Assembly (NCBI GenBank): GCA_024235875.1
Contig: JACKLP010000005.1
Coordinates: 26,155-90,154, forward strand
Direction of reading: 5' to 3'
DNA: 64,000 bases
Source: Burkholderiaceae bacterium
GTDB taxonomy: Bacteria; Pseudomonadota; Gammaproteobacteria; Burkholderiales; Burkholderiaceae_E
The notes under the pieces are model-generated. The model searched no databases. It saw nothing but the letters and a program-made list of their open reading frames with translations, and had not been told where the DNA came from. The position numbers and the translations under genes are program-made. Shown here piece by piece: positions 43,668 to 53,314 of the stretch; position 1 is the stretch's first letter; each line of letters begins with the position of its first letter.

Positions 43668-43738
43668 TCCAACAGCCAGCGCGGACCAACGGGCATGCGT
43701 CCATGTGGATCGCCGGCGCCGGGCGCGACCGTGCCGAC

Positions 43739-45247
43739 TCAGGAGTCGAGGGATTCGAAACGAGCAGTGAGCATGGGCTCGAACGTCGCCGCCGATACCG
43801 GCGCCGAGAACAGCAGGCCCTGCATCAGGGAGCAGCCCATGGCGAACAGTGCGTCGCGTTGCGCTGTCGTCTCGACGCCCTCGGCCACCAGCTTGGCACC
43901 GACCCCGGCTGCGATGGCAACGATCGCCTCGATGACCGGGGAACGGTCGTTCGGCCGCCTGACCGCACGAACGAAGGACTGGTCGATCTTGATCGTGTCG
44001 ATTGCGAAGCGCTGCAGATAGGACAGAGACGAATAGCCGGTGCCGAAATCGTCGAGCGCGATCCCGACCCCCAGATCCCGGATGGCGCCGAGCGTGGCCA
44101 CGATGCGATCGGCGTCGCCCATGAGCATGGACTCGGTGATCTCCAGGCTCAGCGCGGCACCCGGCAGTCGTGCGTCGGCGAGCCGGGTCGCGAGCCGGTC
44201 CAGGAAGCCGGCAAGCGCGAACTGCGGCGGCGACACGTTCACCGACAGAAACATCTCCGGGGCCGGCCCGTGGCGCCAACCCGCCAGGGCCTGCAGCCCG
44301 CTGCCGAGCACGAACTCGCCGATCTCGCCGATGAGACCGGTCTCCTCGGCAAGGCCGACGAAGCGCTCGGGCAACAGCATCCCCTCGTCGGCATGCGACC
44401 AGCGCACCAGCGCCTCGGCCCCCACCACACGCCCGATACGTACGTCGACGATCGGCTGGTAGGCGAGCACGAACTCGTCGAGCTGCGCGGCGCGACGCAA
44501 GGCGCCCAGGGTCTGGAGGCGCTCCCGACTGCCGGCGATCATGTCCTGGGTGAAAAAGCTGGTCTCGCCACGACCGCGTTCCTTGGCGCGGTACATCGCC
44601 GCATCGGCGTTCCTGACGAGCCGGGTCGCCCGTTCGCGCGCAGGCAGGTCATGATCGACCTCGCCGGCCGGATAGACGGCGATGCCGATGCCGGCGCCCA
44701 GGGTGACCGGAATGTCGCCGATCAGGAACGGCCCTTCGAGCGCGGCCTGCAGGCAGGTCGCGAGCCGGTGCAGGCCGGCATCCGAGGCGTCGCCATCGAC
44801 CAGGACGATGAACTCGTCGCCACCGAATCGGGCCAACAGGTCCTCATCGCCGAGGCATTCGCGCAAACTGGCCGCGACGGCGCCGATCAGGGCGTCGCCG
44901 GCGTCGTGTCCGAAGGACTCGTTGATCTCGCGGAACCGGTCGATGTCGAGCGCGAGCACGGCGATCCGCCGGCCTCGCGCGTCGGCGACGGCGATCGCCG
45001 TTTCGAGACTGAGCTCGAACTGGCGTCGATTGACGGCGGCCCGCCGCTCCGGCGCGCCGGTGGGGTCGAGCGCTCGGTAGCGCGCATCGACCAGCGATAG
45101 CAGCTTCAGCAAGGCTGGATCGCCCGGCAACCCACTCAACCCGGCTTCGTCGAGCTGGCGTCGAAGCGTGGGGTGGAGGCCAGCCGGTGCGGGGCTCGGC
45201 GTCGCCGGCTGATCCGGCAGATCGGGGTCGCGAGGCGGTTCGGTCAC
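43739..45247 (-). CDS. GGDEF-EAL domain protein (diguanylate cyclase/phosphodiesterase)
   Basis: Intact GGDEF (LARFGGDEFIVL) and EAL (EALVRW...) motifs. There is no ATG upstream of the domains. Candidate starts are GTG 45247 and TTG 45469, and the latter would overlap polA by 68 nt. The stop is firm. Confidence 0.8.
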   Translation of the reverse strand: MTEPPRDPDLPDQPATPSPAPAGLHPTLRRQLDEAGLSGLPGDPALLKLLSLVDARYRALDPTGAPERRAAVNRRQFELSLETAIAVADARGRRIAVLALDIDRFREINESFGHDAGDALIGAVAASLRECLGDEDLLARFGGDEFIVLVDGDASDAGLHRLATCLQAALEGPFLIGDIPVTLGAGIGIAVYPAGEVDHDLPARERATRLVRNADAAMYRAKERGRGETSFFTQDMIAGSRERLQTLGALRRAAQLDEFVLAYQPIVDVRIGRVVGAEALVRWSHADEGMLLPERFVGLAEETGLIGEIGEFVLGSGLQALAGWRHGPAPEMFLSVNVSPPQFALAGFLDRLATRLADARLPGAALSLEITESMLMGDADRIVATLGAIRDLGVGIALDDFGTGYSSLSYLQRFAIDTIKIDQSFVRAVRRPNDRSPVIEAIVAIAAGVGAKLVAEGVETTAQRDALFAMGCSLMQGLLFSAPVSAATFEPMLTARFESLDS

Positions 45248-45401
45248 ACCCCGATTCTCACGGCTGGGCCGGGCGCGCGACAGGGGGCGCCCGCCGGGGT
45301 CGGCGATCGGGCCGATGGGCGGCCGGGCATCAGCCCCCGCATCGACGGGCCCGTCGGGCGGCCATGCCGCTGGTTCGCCTGGCTCGGTGCGCCTGCACCC
45401 C

Positions 45402-48161
45402 TCAGTGCGCCTGCTCCCAATTGGGGCCCACGCCGGTCTCGACGAGAAGAGGGACCGCGAGCTCTGCAACCCCGCACATCAACGCCGGCACCCGCTCGCG
45501 GACCCGCTCCAGCTCCTCATCGGGCACTTCCAGCACGAGCTCGTCGTGAACCTGCATGATCAGCCGCGCGCCGAGCCCCTCGGCATCGAGCCAGGTCTGC
45601 ACGGCGATCATCGCCATCTTGATCAGGTCGGCGGCCGTGCCCTGCATCGGCGCATTGATGGCGGCCCGCTCGGCGGCCTGGCGGCGTGGGCCGTTCGGAC
45701 TGCGGATCTCGGCCAGCCAGAGGCGTCGCCCGAACACGGTCTCGACATAGCCCTGATCCTTGGCCAGCTTTCGGGTCTCGTCCATGTAGCGGGACACGCC
45801 GGGATAGCGCGCGAAGTACCGATCGATGTAGTTCCTGGCCGCGTCGCGCTCGATGCCGAGATTGCCCGCCAGACCGAAGGCGCTCATGCCATAGATGAGA
45901 CCGAAATTGATGACCTTGGCATAGCGACGCTGCTCGGCATCGACCGCGTCGGGCTCGACGCCGAAGATCTCGGCCGCGGTCGCACGGTGCACGTCCATGC
46001 CCTGGGCGAACGCGCGCAACAAGCCCTCGTCGCGCGAGATATGGGCCATGATCCGCAGCTCGATCTGGGAATAATCGCAGGACATGATCCGATGTCCCGG
46101 CGGTGCGATGAACGCCTCGCGGATGCGGCGCCCTTCGGACGTGCGAATCGGAATGTTCTGGAGATTCGGATCGGTCGAAGCCAGGCGACCGGTCACCGCG
46201 GTGGCCTGCGAGTAGTTGGTGTGCACCCGCCCCGTGCGCGGATCCACCATCCGCGGCAGCTTGTCGGTGTAGGTGCTCTTGAGCTTGGACACGCCGCGGT
46301 ACTCGAGCACGATTCTCGGGAGCGGGTAGTCTTCGGCGAGCTTGCTCAGAACCTCCTCGTCGGTCGACGGCGCACCACTGGCGGTCTTCTTGACCACGGG
46401 CAGACCGAGGCGCTCGAACAGGAGCTCGCCGAGCTGCTTGGGCGAATTCAGGTTGAATTCGTGACCCGCGGCCTCGTGGGCCTTCGACTCGAGTTCGAGC
46501 ATTCGCTTTCCGAGTGCGCGCGACTGGCGATCGAGCTCCTCGATGTCGATCAGCACACCGTTGCGCTCCATGCGCTGCAACACGCACATCGACGGTAGCT
46601 CGATGGTCTCGTACACATGCCGCAACTTCGGATCGGATTCGATCTGCGGCCACAGCTTGCGATGCAGCTGCAAGGTGACGTCGGCGTCCTCTGCCGCGTA
46701 TTCGGTGGCCCGCGCCACATCGACCTGGGAGAACGGGATCTGGCTCGCCCCCTTGCCGGCGACCTCGGCGTAGGTGATCGTGCGTCGATCGAGATGCCTG
46801 GCAGCGAGCGAATCCATGTCATGGCTTCGATGCGCCTCGAAGACATAGCTCTGAAGCATGGTGTCGTGACGGACCCCGCGCAATCGAATGCCGTGGTTCT
46901 GCAGCACGTGCATGTCGTACTTGAGGTTCTGGCCGACCTTGGCCCGGTCCGGGTCCTCGAGCCAGGGACGCAGCAGGGTCAGGACTTCGTCGCGATCGAG
47001 CTGGTCGGGCGCGCCGGCATAGTCGTGGCCAAGCGGCACATAGCAAGCCCGACCCGGCTCGATCGCGAGCGACAAGCCCACGATGCGCGCCTGCATCGGA
47101 TCGAGCGAGGTCGTCTCGGTATCGAACGACACCAGCTCGGCTTCGCTCGCGCGGCCCAGCCATCGCGCCAGCGCGTCCGGGTCGTCGACCGTGACGTACT
47201 CGCACCCGGGATCGGTCGCCTGGGCAGGCGCGCTCTCGGGCGACGCGCTCGCCACATGCCGATCCCCGAGCCGATCCTCGATTTCACGGCGAAAGGTCCG
47301 GAAGCCGCAACGGGTGAACAAGCTCAGCAGCGCGGCCTCGTCTTCGTCGACGAAAGCCAGCGCGCCATCGAGCGCCCCGACCTCCTCGGGCAGATCGCAG
47401 TCGGTACGGATCGTGACCAGCTCACGCGCGGTCGGCAGCCAGTCGAGGGCATCGCGCAGGTTCTTGCCGACGACCCCCTTGATCTCGTCGACATGGGCGA
47501 CCACGGCGTCGAGGGTGCCGTAGGCGTCGAGCCATTTCACCGCCGTCTTGGGGCCGACCTTCGCGACCCCCGGCACGTTGTCGACCGAATCGCCGACCAG
47601 CGTGAGATAGTCGACGATGCGCTCGGGCGGAACCCCGAACTTGGCCAACACCCCGTCTCGATCGAGCCGCTCGACCTGGCCGCCATCGCGTGTCATGGTG
47701 TTGAAGAGCTCGACGTCGTCGCCCACCAACTGGGCGAGGTCCTTGTCGCCGGTCGAGATCAGGGTTCGAACGCCCAGGTCGCTGGCGCGCATTGCCAGCG
47801 TGCCGATGACGTCATCGGCCTCGACGCCGGGCAGCATCACGAGCGGCCAACCCATCGCGGTGACGATCTCGTGGATCACCGGGATCTGCCGGCGCAGGTC
47901 GTCGGGCATCTGCGCCCGGTTCGCCTTGTATTCGGGATAGATGTCGTCGCGAAAGGTCTTGCCGGGCGGATCGAACACCACGGCGCCATGAGTGGCTCCC
48001 CGGTTCAATTTGGCGTCGGCGCGCAGACGCCGTAGCATTGCCACCATTCCGTAGATCGCACCGGTCGGCTCGCCCTCGCCGTTCCGCAGATCGGGTAGCG
48101 CATGAAACGCACGGTACAGGTAGCTTGAACCGTCGACGAGCAGAAGCGTTTTTTCCGGCAT
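45402..48161 (-). CDS. polA: DNA polymerase I
   Basis: MPEKTLLLVDGSSYLYRAFHA (5' nuclease), a 3'-5' exonuclease domain, and polymerase motifs DYSQIELR and QVHDELV. ATG 48161 was verified. Confidence 0.97.
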   Translation of the reverse strand: MPEKTLLLVDGSSYLYRAFHALPDLRNGEGEPTGAIYGMVAMLRRLRADAKLNRGATHGAVVFDPPGKTFRDDIYPEYKANRAQMPDDLRRQIPVIHEIVTAMGWPLVMLPGVEADDVIGTLAMRASDLGVRTLISTGDKDLAQLVGDDVELFNTMTRDGGQVERLDRDGVLAKFGVPPERIVDYLTLVGDSVDNVPGVAKVGPKTAVKWLDAYGTLDAVVAHVDEIKGVVGKNLRDALDWLPTARELVTIRTDCDLPEEVGALDGALAFVDEDEAALLSLFTRCGFRTFRREIEDRLGDRHVASASPESAPAQATDPGCEYVTVDDPDALARWLGRASEAELVSFDTETTSLDPMQARIVGLSLAIEPGRACYVPLGHDYAGAPDQLDRDEVLTLLRPWLEDPDRAKVGQNLKYDMHVLQNHGIRLRGVRHDTMLQSYVFEAHRSHDMDSLAARHLDRRTITYAEVAGKGASQIPFSQVDVARATEYAAEDADVTLQLHRKLWPQIESDPKLRHVYETIELPSMCVLQRMERNGVLIDIEELDRQSRALGKRMLELESKAHEAAGHEFNLNSPKQLGELLFERLGLPVVKKTASGAPSTDEEVLSKLAEDYPLPRIVLEYRGVSKLKSTYTDKLPRMVDPRTGRVHTNYSQATAVTGRLASTDPNLQNIPIRTSEGRRIREAFIAPPGHRIMSCDYSQIELRIMAHISRDEGLLRAFAQGMDVHRATAAEIFGVEPDAVDAEQRRYAKVINFGLIYGMSAFGLAGNLGIERDAARNYIDRYFARYPGVSRYMDETRKLAKDQGYVETVFGRRLWLAEIRSPNGPRRQAAERAAINAPMQGTAADLIKMAMIAVQTWLDAEGLGARLIMQVHDELVLEVPDEELERVRERVPALMCGVAELAVPLLVETGVGPNWEQAH

Positions 48162-48891
48162 GAAATCGAAAGACGTCGCCCAGTTGCGCGAAATTGAGAG
48201 CGCCGAGCAATCCACTGCGCTCAAGGCGCGCGAATCGTGGCATGTGCTGGGCATTATCTCAGAGTTCATCGAAGCCACTGAAAGACTGGCGACGATCCGG
48301 CCGGCGGTATCGATCTTCGGCAGTGCGCGGGTCCCACCCGAGCATCGCTGGTATCGCCTGACCGTCGAGATCGCGCGCCGGCTCTCCGACGCCGGTTTCA
48401 GCGTGATCTCCGGGGGCGGCCCCGGCATCATGGAAGCCGCCAACCGGGGCGCGTTCGCGGGCAAGTCGCCCTCGGTCGGGCTCAACATCCAGCTTCCCTT
48501 CGAGCAGACCGGCAATCCCTACCAGGACGTGGCGATCACCTTCCGGCATTTCTTCGCTCGCAAGGTCGCCTTCGCCAAGTACGCAACCGCCTTCGTCGCC
48601 GTGCCCGGCGGCTTTGGCACGCTCGACGAGTTGGCCGAAGTCGTTACACTGATCCAGACCCGGATGGGCCGGCGGATCCCGGTGATCCTGGTCGATCGCG
48701 ACTACTGGCGCGGGCTGCTCGACTGGATGCGCGAGCAGATGCTCGGCAACGGACTGATCTCGCCGGGCGACCTGGACTTGATCACCTTGATCGATTCGCC
48801 CGAGCAGATCGTCGAGGCGATCTTCGACTTCTACCAGACCCGCGGATTCGACCCGACCGGCGAAGAGCGCGAGTCGATGCTCCATCTCTGA
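48160..48891 (+). CDS. LOG / TIGR00730 family Rossmann-fold nucleotide-binding protein (lysine-decarboxylase-like)
   Basis: VSIFGSAR...SGGGPGIMEAANRGA...PGGFGTLDELAE (PGGxGTxxE motif). Confidence 0.85.
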   Translation: MKSKDVAQLREIESAEQSTALKARESWHVLGIISEFIEATERLATIRPAVSIFGSARVPPEHRWYRLTVEIARRLSDAGFSVISGGGPGIMEAANRGAFAGKSPSVGLNIQLPFEQTGNPYQDVAITFRHFFARKVAFAKYATAFVAVPGGFGTLDELAEVVTLIQTRMGRRIPVILVDRDYWRGLLDWMREQMLGNGLISPGDLDLITLIDSPEQIVEAIFDFYQTRGFDPTGEERESMLHL

Positions 48892-48996
48892 ACACGTACC
48901 AGATCAGCTCGCACGTGCCCGCCCCTATGTCATCGATGCATCGGCCCGTTCCGCTCGCACGCTGCCAGGCAACGGCTCCGACGACGGCCTGAAATC

Positions 48997-49797
48997 ATGC
49001 AGATCGAGAAACTCCCCGCCCGTCATGGATGGCGCTGGATCATCGAAGCGCTGCGGCTGTTCGGCCGCCAGCCCATGGCCTTGCTTTCGCTGACCGCCTT
49101 CAGCCTGTTGTTGGTCTGGGTGCCGACGGCCTTCGCTCAGACGATCCTGCCCGCAGTGGCCTGGCCGATCCCGATGCTGCTGACCCCACTGGTCACGGTC
49201 GGCATGGTGAGCACGGCTCGCGACGTCGATCGGGGCAAGCCGCCGATGCCATCGGTGCTGTTCGCCGGATTCCGCGCGAGCGGCCCATGGCGCAAGCTAC
49301 TGATCCTCGGCGCGATCAATGCGCTCGCAAGCCGGGCGATCGTGGGGCTGGCCGCCGTGTTCTCCGGCATGGACGCAGGCTCCCTGGCGCTGACCGACGG
49401 CATCGCCTCGGACGAGGCGGCGCAGCTCCCGGCCTTCGACTACACCCCGCTGGCCGTGGTGGCACTCTTGATGGTGCCGCTGCAAATGACCATGTGGTAT
49501 GCGCCGCTGTTCGTCGCATGGAACGACGCCAGCGTACCGAAGTCGCTGTTCTTCAGCTTCGCCGCAGTGATGCGCAACCGCTGGGCGTTCCTGATCTATG
49601 TGTTCAGCTGGGTGCTGCTGGTCGGCCTTTCACTGAAGGCACTGATGCTCGTCGTGCCTTCGCAGGCAGCGCGCATGCTGCTGACCTTTCCGGTCTTCGT
49701 GCTGGTCAGTTCACTGATCTATTGCGCGACCTGGCTGAGCTACCGCGACGCCGTCCGGGACTCGGAGCAGCCGGAACTCAGGCCGCCTGCAGCTTAG
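48997..49797 (+). CDS. Multi-TM membrane protein of unknown function (BPSS1780-like)
   Basis: MQIEKLPARHGWRWIIEALRLFGRQPMALL... followed by about 5 hydrophobic helices. The family assignment is from memory only. Confidence 0.55.
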   Translation: MQIEKLPARHGWRWIIEALRLFGRQPMALLSLTAFSLLLVWVPTAFAQTILPAVAWPIPMLLTPLVTVGMVSTARDVDRGKPPMPSVLFAGFRASGPWRKLLILGAINALASRAIVGLAAVFSGMDAGSLALTDGIASDEAAQLPAFDYTPLAVVALLMVPLQMTMWYAPLFVAWNDASVPKSLFFSFAAVMRNRWAFLIYVFSWVLLVGLSLKALMLVVPSQAARMLLTFPVFVLVSSLIYCATWLSYRDAVRDSEQPELRPPAA

Positions 49798-52060
49798 CGA
49801 CCGACAAGGCGAGCCATTTCACGCCAGCCGGGCCGAAGTTCACCTGCACCCTGGCATCGGTCCCGACCCCCTCGCTGGCCAGGATGACACCCTCGCCGAA
49901 TCGCGCGTGCGAGACGGCCTGTCCGATCCGAAACCCCGAGCCGGGCGCGGACGCCGGCGCTCGATGCGAAGCGGGCAAGCCCATGCCGCCACCGCGCGGC
50001 GGCTGCGCCCCGACCCGATAGTCGCCCCAGCCCGAGCCCGGCGCGCCTGCGCTCAGCCACTTCAGGGATTCGGGCGGCAATTCGTCGATGAATCGGGAGC
50101 GCAGGCTATAGCGGGTCTGCCCGTGCAGCATCCGGGTCTGCGACATCGACAGATAGAGGCGTTCACGCGCGCGGGTGATCGCGACGTACATCAGCCGACG
50201 CTCTTCCTCGAGGCCGTCGATCTCGCTCAAGGAATTCTCGTGGGGGAACAAGCCCTCCTCGAGGCCGGTCAGGAAGACGGTATCGAACTCCAGGCCCTTG
50301 GCCGCGTGCACGGTCATCAGTTGTAGCGCATCGCTGCCCTCGCCCGCCTGGTTCTCGCCGGCTTCGAGCGAGGCATGGGCAAGAAAGGCCGCCAGTGGCG
50401 GCATGCGGATCTCGACGATGTCGCCGGCCGCGAGCGGCAGGCCGTCCTCGGCGATCACGGGTCCGGCCATGGCCGGCGCACCGCCGGCGAGCCCGAGCCC
50501 CGCGGGCAGCGCATGGTCGATGCCTTCCTCGGCGATGAAGGCGGCTGCGGCATTGACGAGTTCGCGCAGGTTCTCGATGCGCTCCTGGCCTTCGCGCTCG
50601 TTTCGATAGTGCTCGATCAGGCCGCTGTGCTCGACGACGCTTTCGACCAGTTCGGGCAACGGCAGCCCCTTGGCCGCACGCCGCATGGACTCGAGCAGAT
50701 CGACAAAGCCCCGGACCCGCACGCCCGCAGCACCGGGCAGGGCGCCGACCGCATCGAGCAGGCTCGCGCCATTTTGCGCTGCCAGGTCGGTCAAGGCCTC
50801 GACCGAGCGGGCACCGATCCCGCGTGCCGGAAAATTGACCACGCGCAGGAATGCGCCATCGTCGGACGGGTTCTCGAGCAGGCGCAGATAAGCCAGCGCA
50901 TGCTTGATCTCGGCGCGCTCGAAGAACCGCAAGCCCCCGTAGACCCGATACGGAATGCCGGCCGAGAACAGGCCGTGCTCGAGCACGCGAGACTGCGCAT
51001 TGGAGCGATAGAGAATCGCGATGTCGGCGCGTGCATGGCCTTCGCCGATCAGGCCGCGGACCTCGTCGATCAGCCACTGGGCTTCCTGGGCGTCGGTGTT
51101 GGCCTCGTAGATGCGTACGGGTTCGCCCTCGCCCGCATCGGTCCAGAGGTCCTTGCCCAGGCGCCGGGTGTTGTTGGCGATCAAGGTGTTGGCGCAGCGC
51201 AGGATGTGCGCATGCGAGCGGTAGTTCTGTTCGAGCTTGATCAGGTTGCGGACTTCGAACTCGCGCTCGAAGGTCGCCATGTTCGCGACGTTGGCCCCGC
51301 GAAACGCGTAGATGCTCTGGTCGTCGTCTCCAACCGCGAACACGGCATTGGTACTGCCGGCCAGTAGCTTGAGCCAGCGATACTGGAGCAGGTTCGTGTC
51401 CTGGAACTCATCGACGAGCAGGTGACGGAACCGATGCTGGTAGTGCTCGCGAAGCAGCTCGTTGCGCTCGAGTAGTTCGTAGCTTCGCAGCATCAGTTCG
51501 GCGAAATCGACGACGCCTTCGCGCTGGCACTGGTCGTCGTAGGCTTGGTAGAGCTCCACGAAACGCCGGTTGTAGTCGTCGACGACCTCGACGCTCGCGG
51601 CACGCAGGCCCTGTTCCTTGGCGCTGTTGACGAAGTACTGCAGGTTGCGCGGCGGATAGCGCTCGTCGTCGACATTGAGCGACTTTAGCAGGCGCTTGAT
51701 CGCCGCGAGCTGGTCTGCGCTATCGAGGATCTGGAAGGTCTGGGGCAGCGCCGCATCGCGATGATGGGCGCGCAACATGCGGTTGCATAGGCCGTGAAAA
51801 GTGCCGATCCACATGCCCCGGGTGTTGATCGGCAGCATCGCCCCCAGGCGCGCGTTCATCTCGCGCGCGGCCTTGTTGGTGAAGGTCACGGCCAGGACGC
51901 CCTGGGGACTGACCTGCCCGGTGCTGATCAGCCAGGCGATTCGCGTGGTGAGAACGCGCGTCTTGCCGCTTCCGGCACCTGCAAGAATCAGGGCATGCTG
52001 CGGTGGCAGCGTCACTGCCGCGAGCTGCTGTTCGTTGAGCGTGTCGAGAAAGCGATTCAT
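49778..52060 (-). CDS. uvrD: DNA helicase II
   Basis: LNEQQLAAVTLPPQHALILAGAGSGKTRVLT, DEFQDTN, and the other helicase superfamily 1 motifs. 760 aa. Confidence 0.95.
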   Translation of the reverse strand: MNRFLDTLNEQQLAAVTLPPQHALILAGAGSGKTRVLTTRIAWLISTGQVSPQGVLAVTFTNKAAREMNARLGAMLPINTRGMWIGTFHGLCNRMLRAHHRDAALPQTFQILDSADQLAAIKRLLKSLNVDDERYPPRNLQYFVNSAKEQGLRAASVEVVDDYNRRFVELYQAYDDQCQREGVVDFAELMLRSYELLERNELLREHYQHRFRHLLVDEFQDTNLLQYRWLKLLAGSTNAVFAVGDDDQSIYAFRGANVANMATFEREFEVRNLIKLEQNYRSHAHILRCANTLIANNTRRLGKDLWTDAGEGEPVRIYEANTDAQEAQWLIDEVRGLIGEGHARADIAILYRSNAQSRVLEHGLFSAGIPYRVYGGLRFFERAEIKHALAYLRLLENPSDDGAFLRVVNFPARGIGARSVEALTDLAAQNGASLLDAVGALPGAAGVRVRGFVDLLESMRRAAKGLPLPELVESVVEHSGLIEHYRNEREGQERIENLRELVNAAAAFIAEEGIDHALPAGLGLAGGAPAMAGPVIAEDGLPLAAGDIVEIRMPPLAAFLAHASLEAGENQAGEGSDALQLMTVHAAKGLEFDTVFLTGLEEGLFPHENSLSEIDGLEEERRLMYVAITRARERLYLSMSQTRMLHGQTRYSLRSRFIDELPPESLKWLSAGAPGSGWGDYRVGAQPPRGGGMGLPASHRAPASAPGSGFRIGQAVSHARFGEGVILASEGVGTDARVQVNFGPAGVKWLALSVAKLQAA

Positions 52061-52064
52061 GGGG

Positions 52065-52080
52065 CTGTGATTTTACACAG
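52065..52080. promoter_or_regulatory. LexA (SOS) box upstream of uvrD
   Basis: CTGTGATTTTACACAG fits the CTGT-N8-ACAG consensus exactly. It is embedded in the 9-bp perfect palindrome GGGGCTGTG/CACAGCCCC (52061-52084). uvrD is an SOS gene in E. coli. Confidence 0.6.
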
Positions 52081-52119
52081 CCCCTGGCCCGCAGGCCCCT
52101 GGTGCCGCGATGGCGTCGT

Positions 52120-52272
52120 CTATTTGTTCGACCCGGCGCTGGCGCGGGCGTCCTCGTCCATCTTGCGCTGGAAGAAGCGCAGGAACCAGACCGCCATCCC
52201 GATGATGAACAAGAGCACCAGCAGCGACAGGATTCCGACCCAGTCGGACAGCAATTCACCCCAAAGGCTCAT
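52120..52272 (-). CDS. Small single-TM membrane protein, unknown function
   Basis: MSLWGELLSDWVGILSLLVLLFIIGMAVWFLRFFQRKMDEDARASAGSNK. GGGAGG lies 7 nt before ATG 52272. GC is high in codon position 3. Confidence 0.45.
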   Translation of the reverse strand: MSLWGELLSDWVGILSLLVLLFIIGMAVWFLRFFQRKMDEDARASAGSNK

Positions 52273-52468
52273 TCTCATACCTCCCTTGTCGTATCGCTTT
52301 TGAACGATTCTCGGCGCCGAATTCGCCATCGTTCTTGACGCGACTCAACTTCTTTCGCGATAGGGGCGCCTCGCGCGCAAGGCATTGCGGTTCGGCCACA
52401 TTGCGCAGTCCGGAATCCACGACCGTGTCGCGCTCGGCATGCCGGGCCCGCTCTCGTAAACTGCCGGA

Positions 52469-53314
52469 ATGCCACGACACAGCGCCAAGGGACGCGAACC
52501 GGTGTCCGCGAAAGAACAAGCCCCCCAGGCTCCGACCATCGAGCAGGAACCCTACTACCTGCCGCGCAGCAACGAAGCAGCCGTCTTCGCGGCCGCATAC
52601 CGACGAGGCCTGCCTGTCCTGCTCCAGGGGCCGACCGGGTCCGGCAAGAGTCGCTTCGTCGAGCACATGGCGTGGCGGCTGAGTCGCCCGTTGGTGACGG
52701 TGGCCTGCCACGACGACCTCGCGGCCTCCGACCTGATCGGTCGCTATCTGGTGGTCGAGAACGAGACCGCCTGGTTCGACGGGCCACTGACGGCGGCCGT
52801 ACGCGCGGGTGCGATCTGCTATCTCGACGAGGTCGTCGAGGCCAGGCGCGACACGACGGTCGTCATCCATCCGCTGGCCGATGCGCGCCGGATCCTGCCG
52901 ATCGAGAAGCGGGGCGAGACCCTGCAGGCGCCGCCCGAGTTCATGCTGGTCGTGTCGTACAACCCCGGCTACCAGAGCGTTCTCAAGGAGATGAAGCCGT
53001 CGACCCGGCAGCGCTTCGTGGCCCTCGACTTCGACTACCCAGAGCCGGCGGTCGAAGCCGCGATCGTGGCGCGCGAAGGCGGCGTCGACGATGAAACGGC
53101 CGAGCGCCTGGTGCGGCTCGCCGCCATGACCCGAAATCTCAAGGGCGCCGGGCTCGACGAGGGCGCGAGCACCCGCTTGCTGGTTCATGCCGCGGCACTC
53201 ATGCACGGCGGCATCGGAGCCCGGCAGGCATGCGAATGCGCGGTGTCGCGCGCCCTCACCGATGACCCCGAGATGGTGATGTCGATCGACGAGCTCGTCC
53301 GTGCCGTCTTCTGA
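52469..53314 (+). CDS. CbbQ/NirQ/NorQ-family MoxR-type AAA+ ATPase
   Basis: Walker A LLQGPTGSGKSRF, Walker B ICYLDEV, and the family-typical ...VVSYNPGYQSVLKEMKPSTRQRF. Confidence 0.85.
   Translation: MPRHSAKGREPVSAKEQAPQAPTIEQEPYYLPRSNEAAVFAAAYRRGLPVLLQGPTGSGKSRFVEHMAWRLSRPLVTVACHDDLAASDLIGRYLVVENETAWFDGPLTAAVRAGAICYLDEVVEARRDTTVVIHPLADARRILPIEKRGETLQAPPEFMLVVSYNPGYQSVLKEMKPSTRQRFVALDFDYPEPAVEAAIVAREGGVDDETAERLVRLAAMTRNLKGAGLDEGASTRLLVHAAALMHGGIGARQACECAVSRALTDDPEMVMSIDELVRAVF

Noticed and set aside
49778-49797. 20-bp convergent overlap of the 3' ends of the membrane protein gene and uvrD.
   Set aside because: Short convergent overlaps are common in compact genomes. It has no additional structure or motif.
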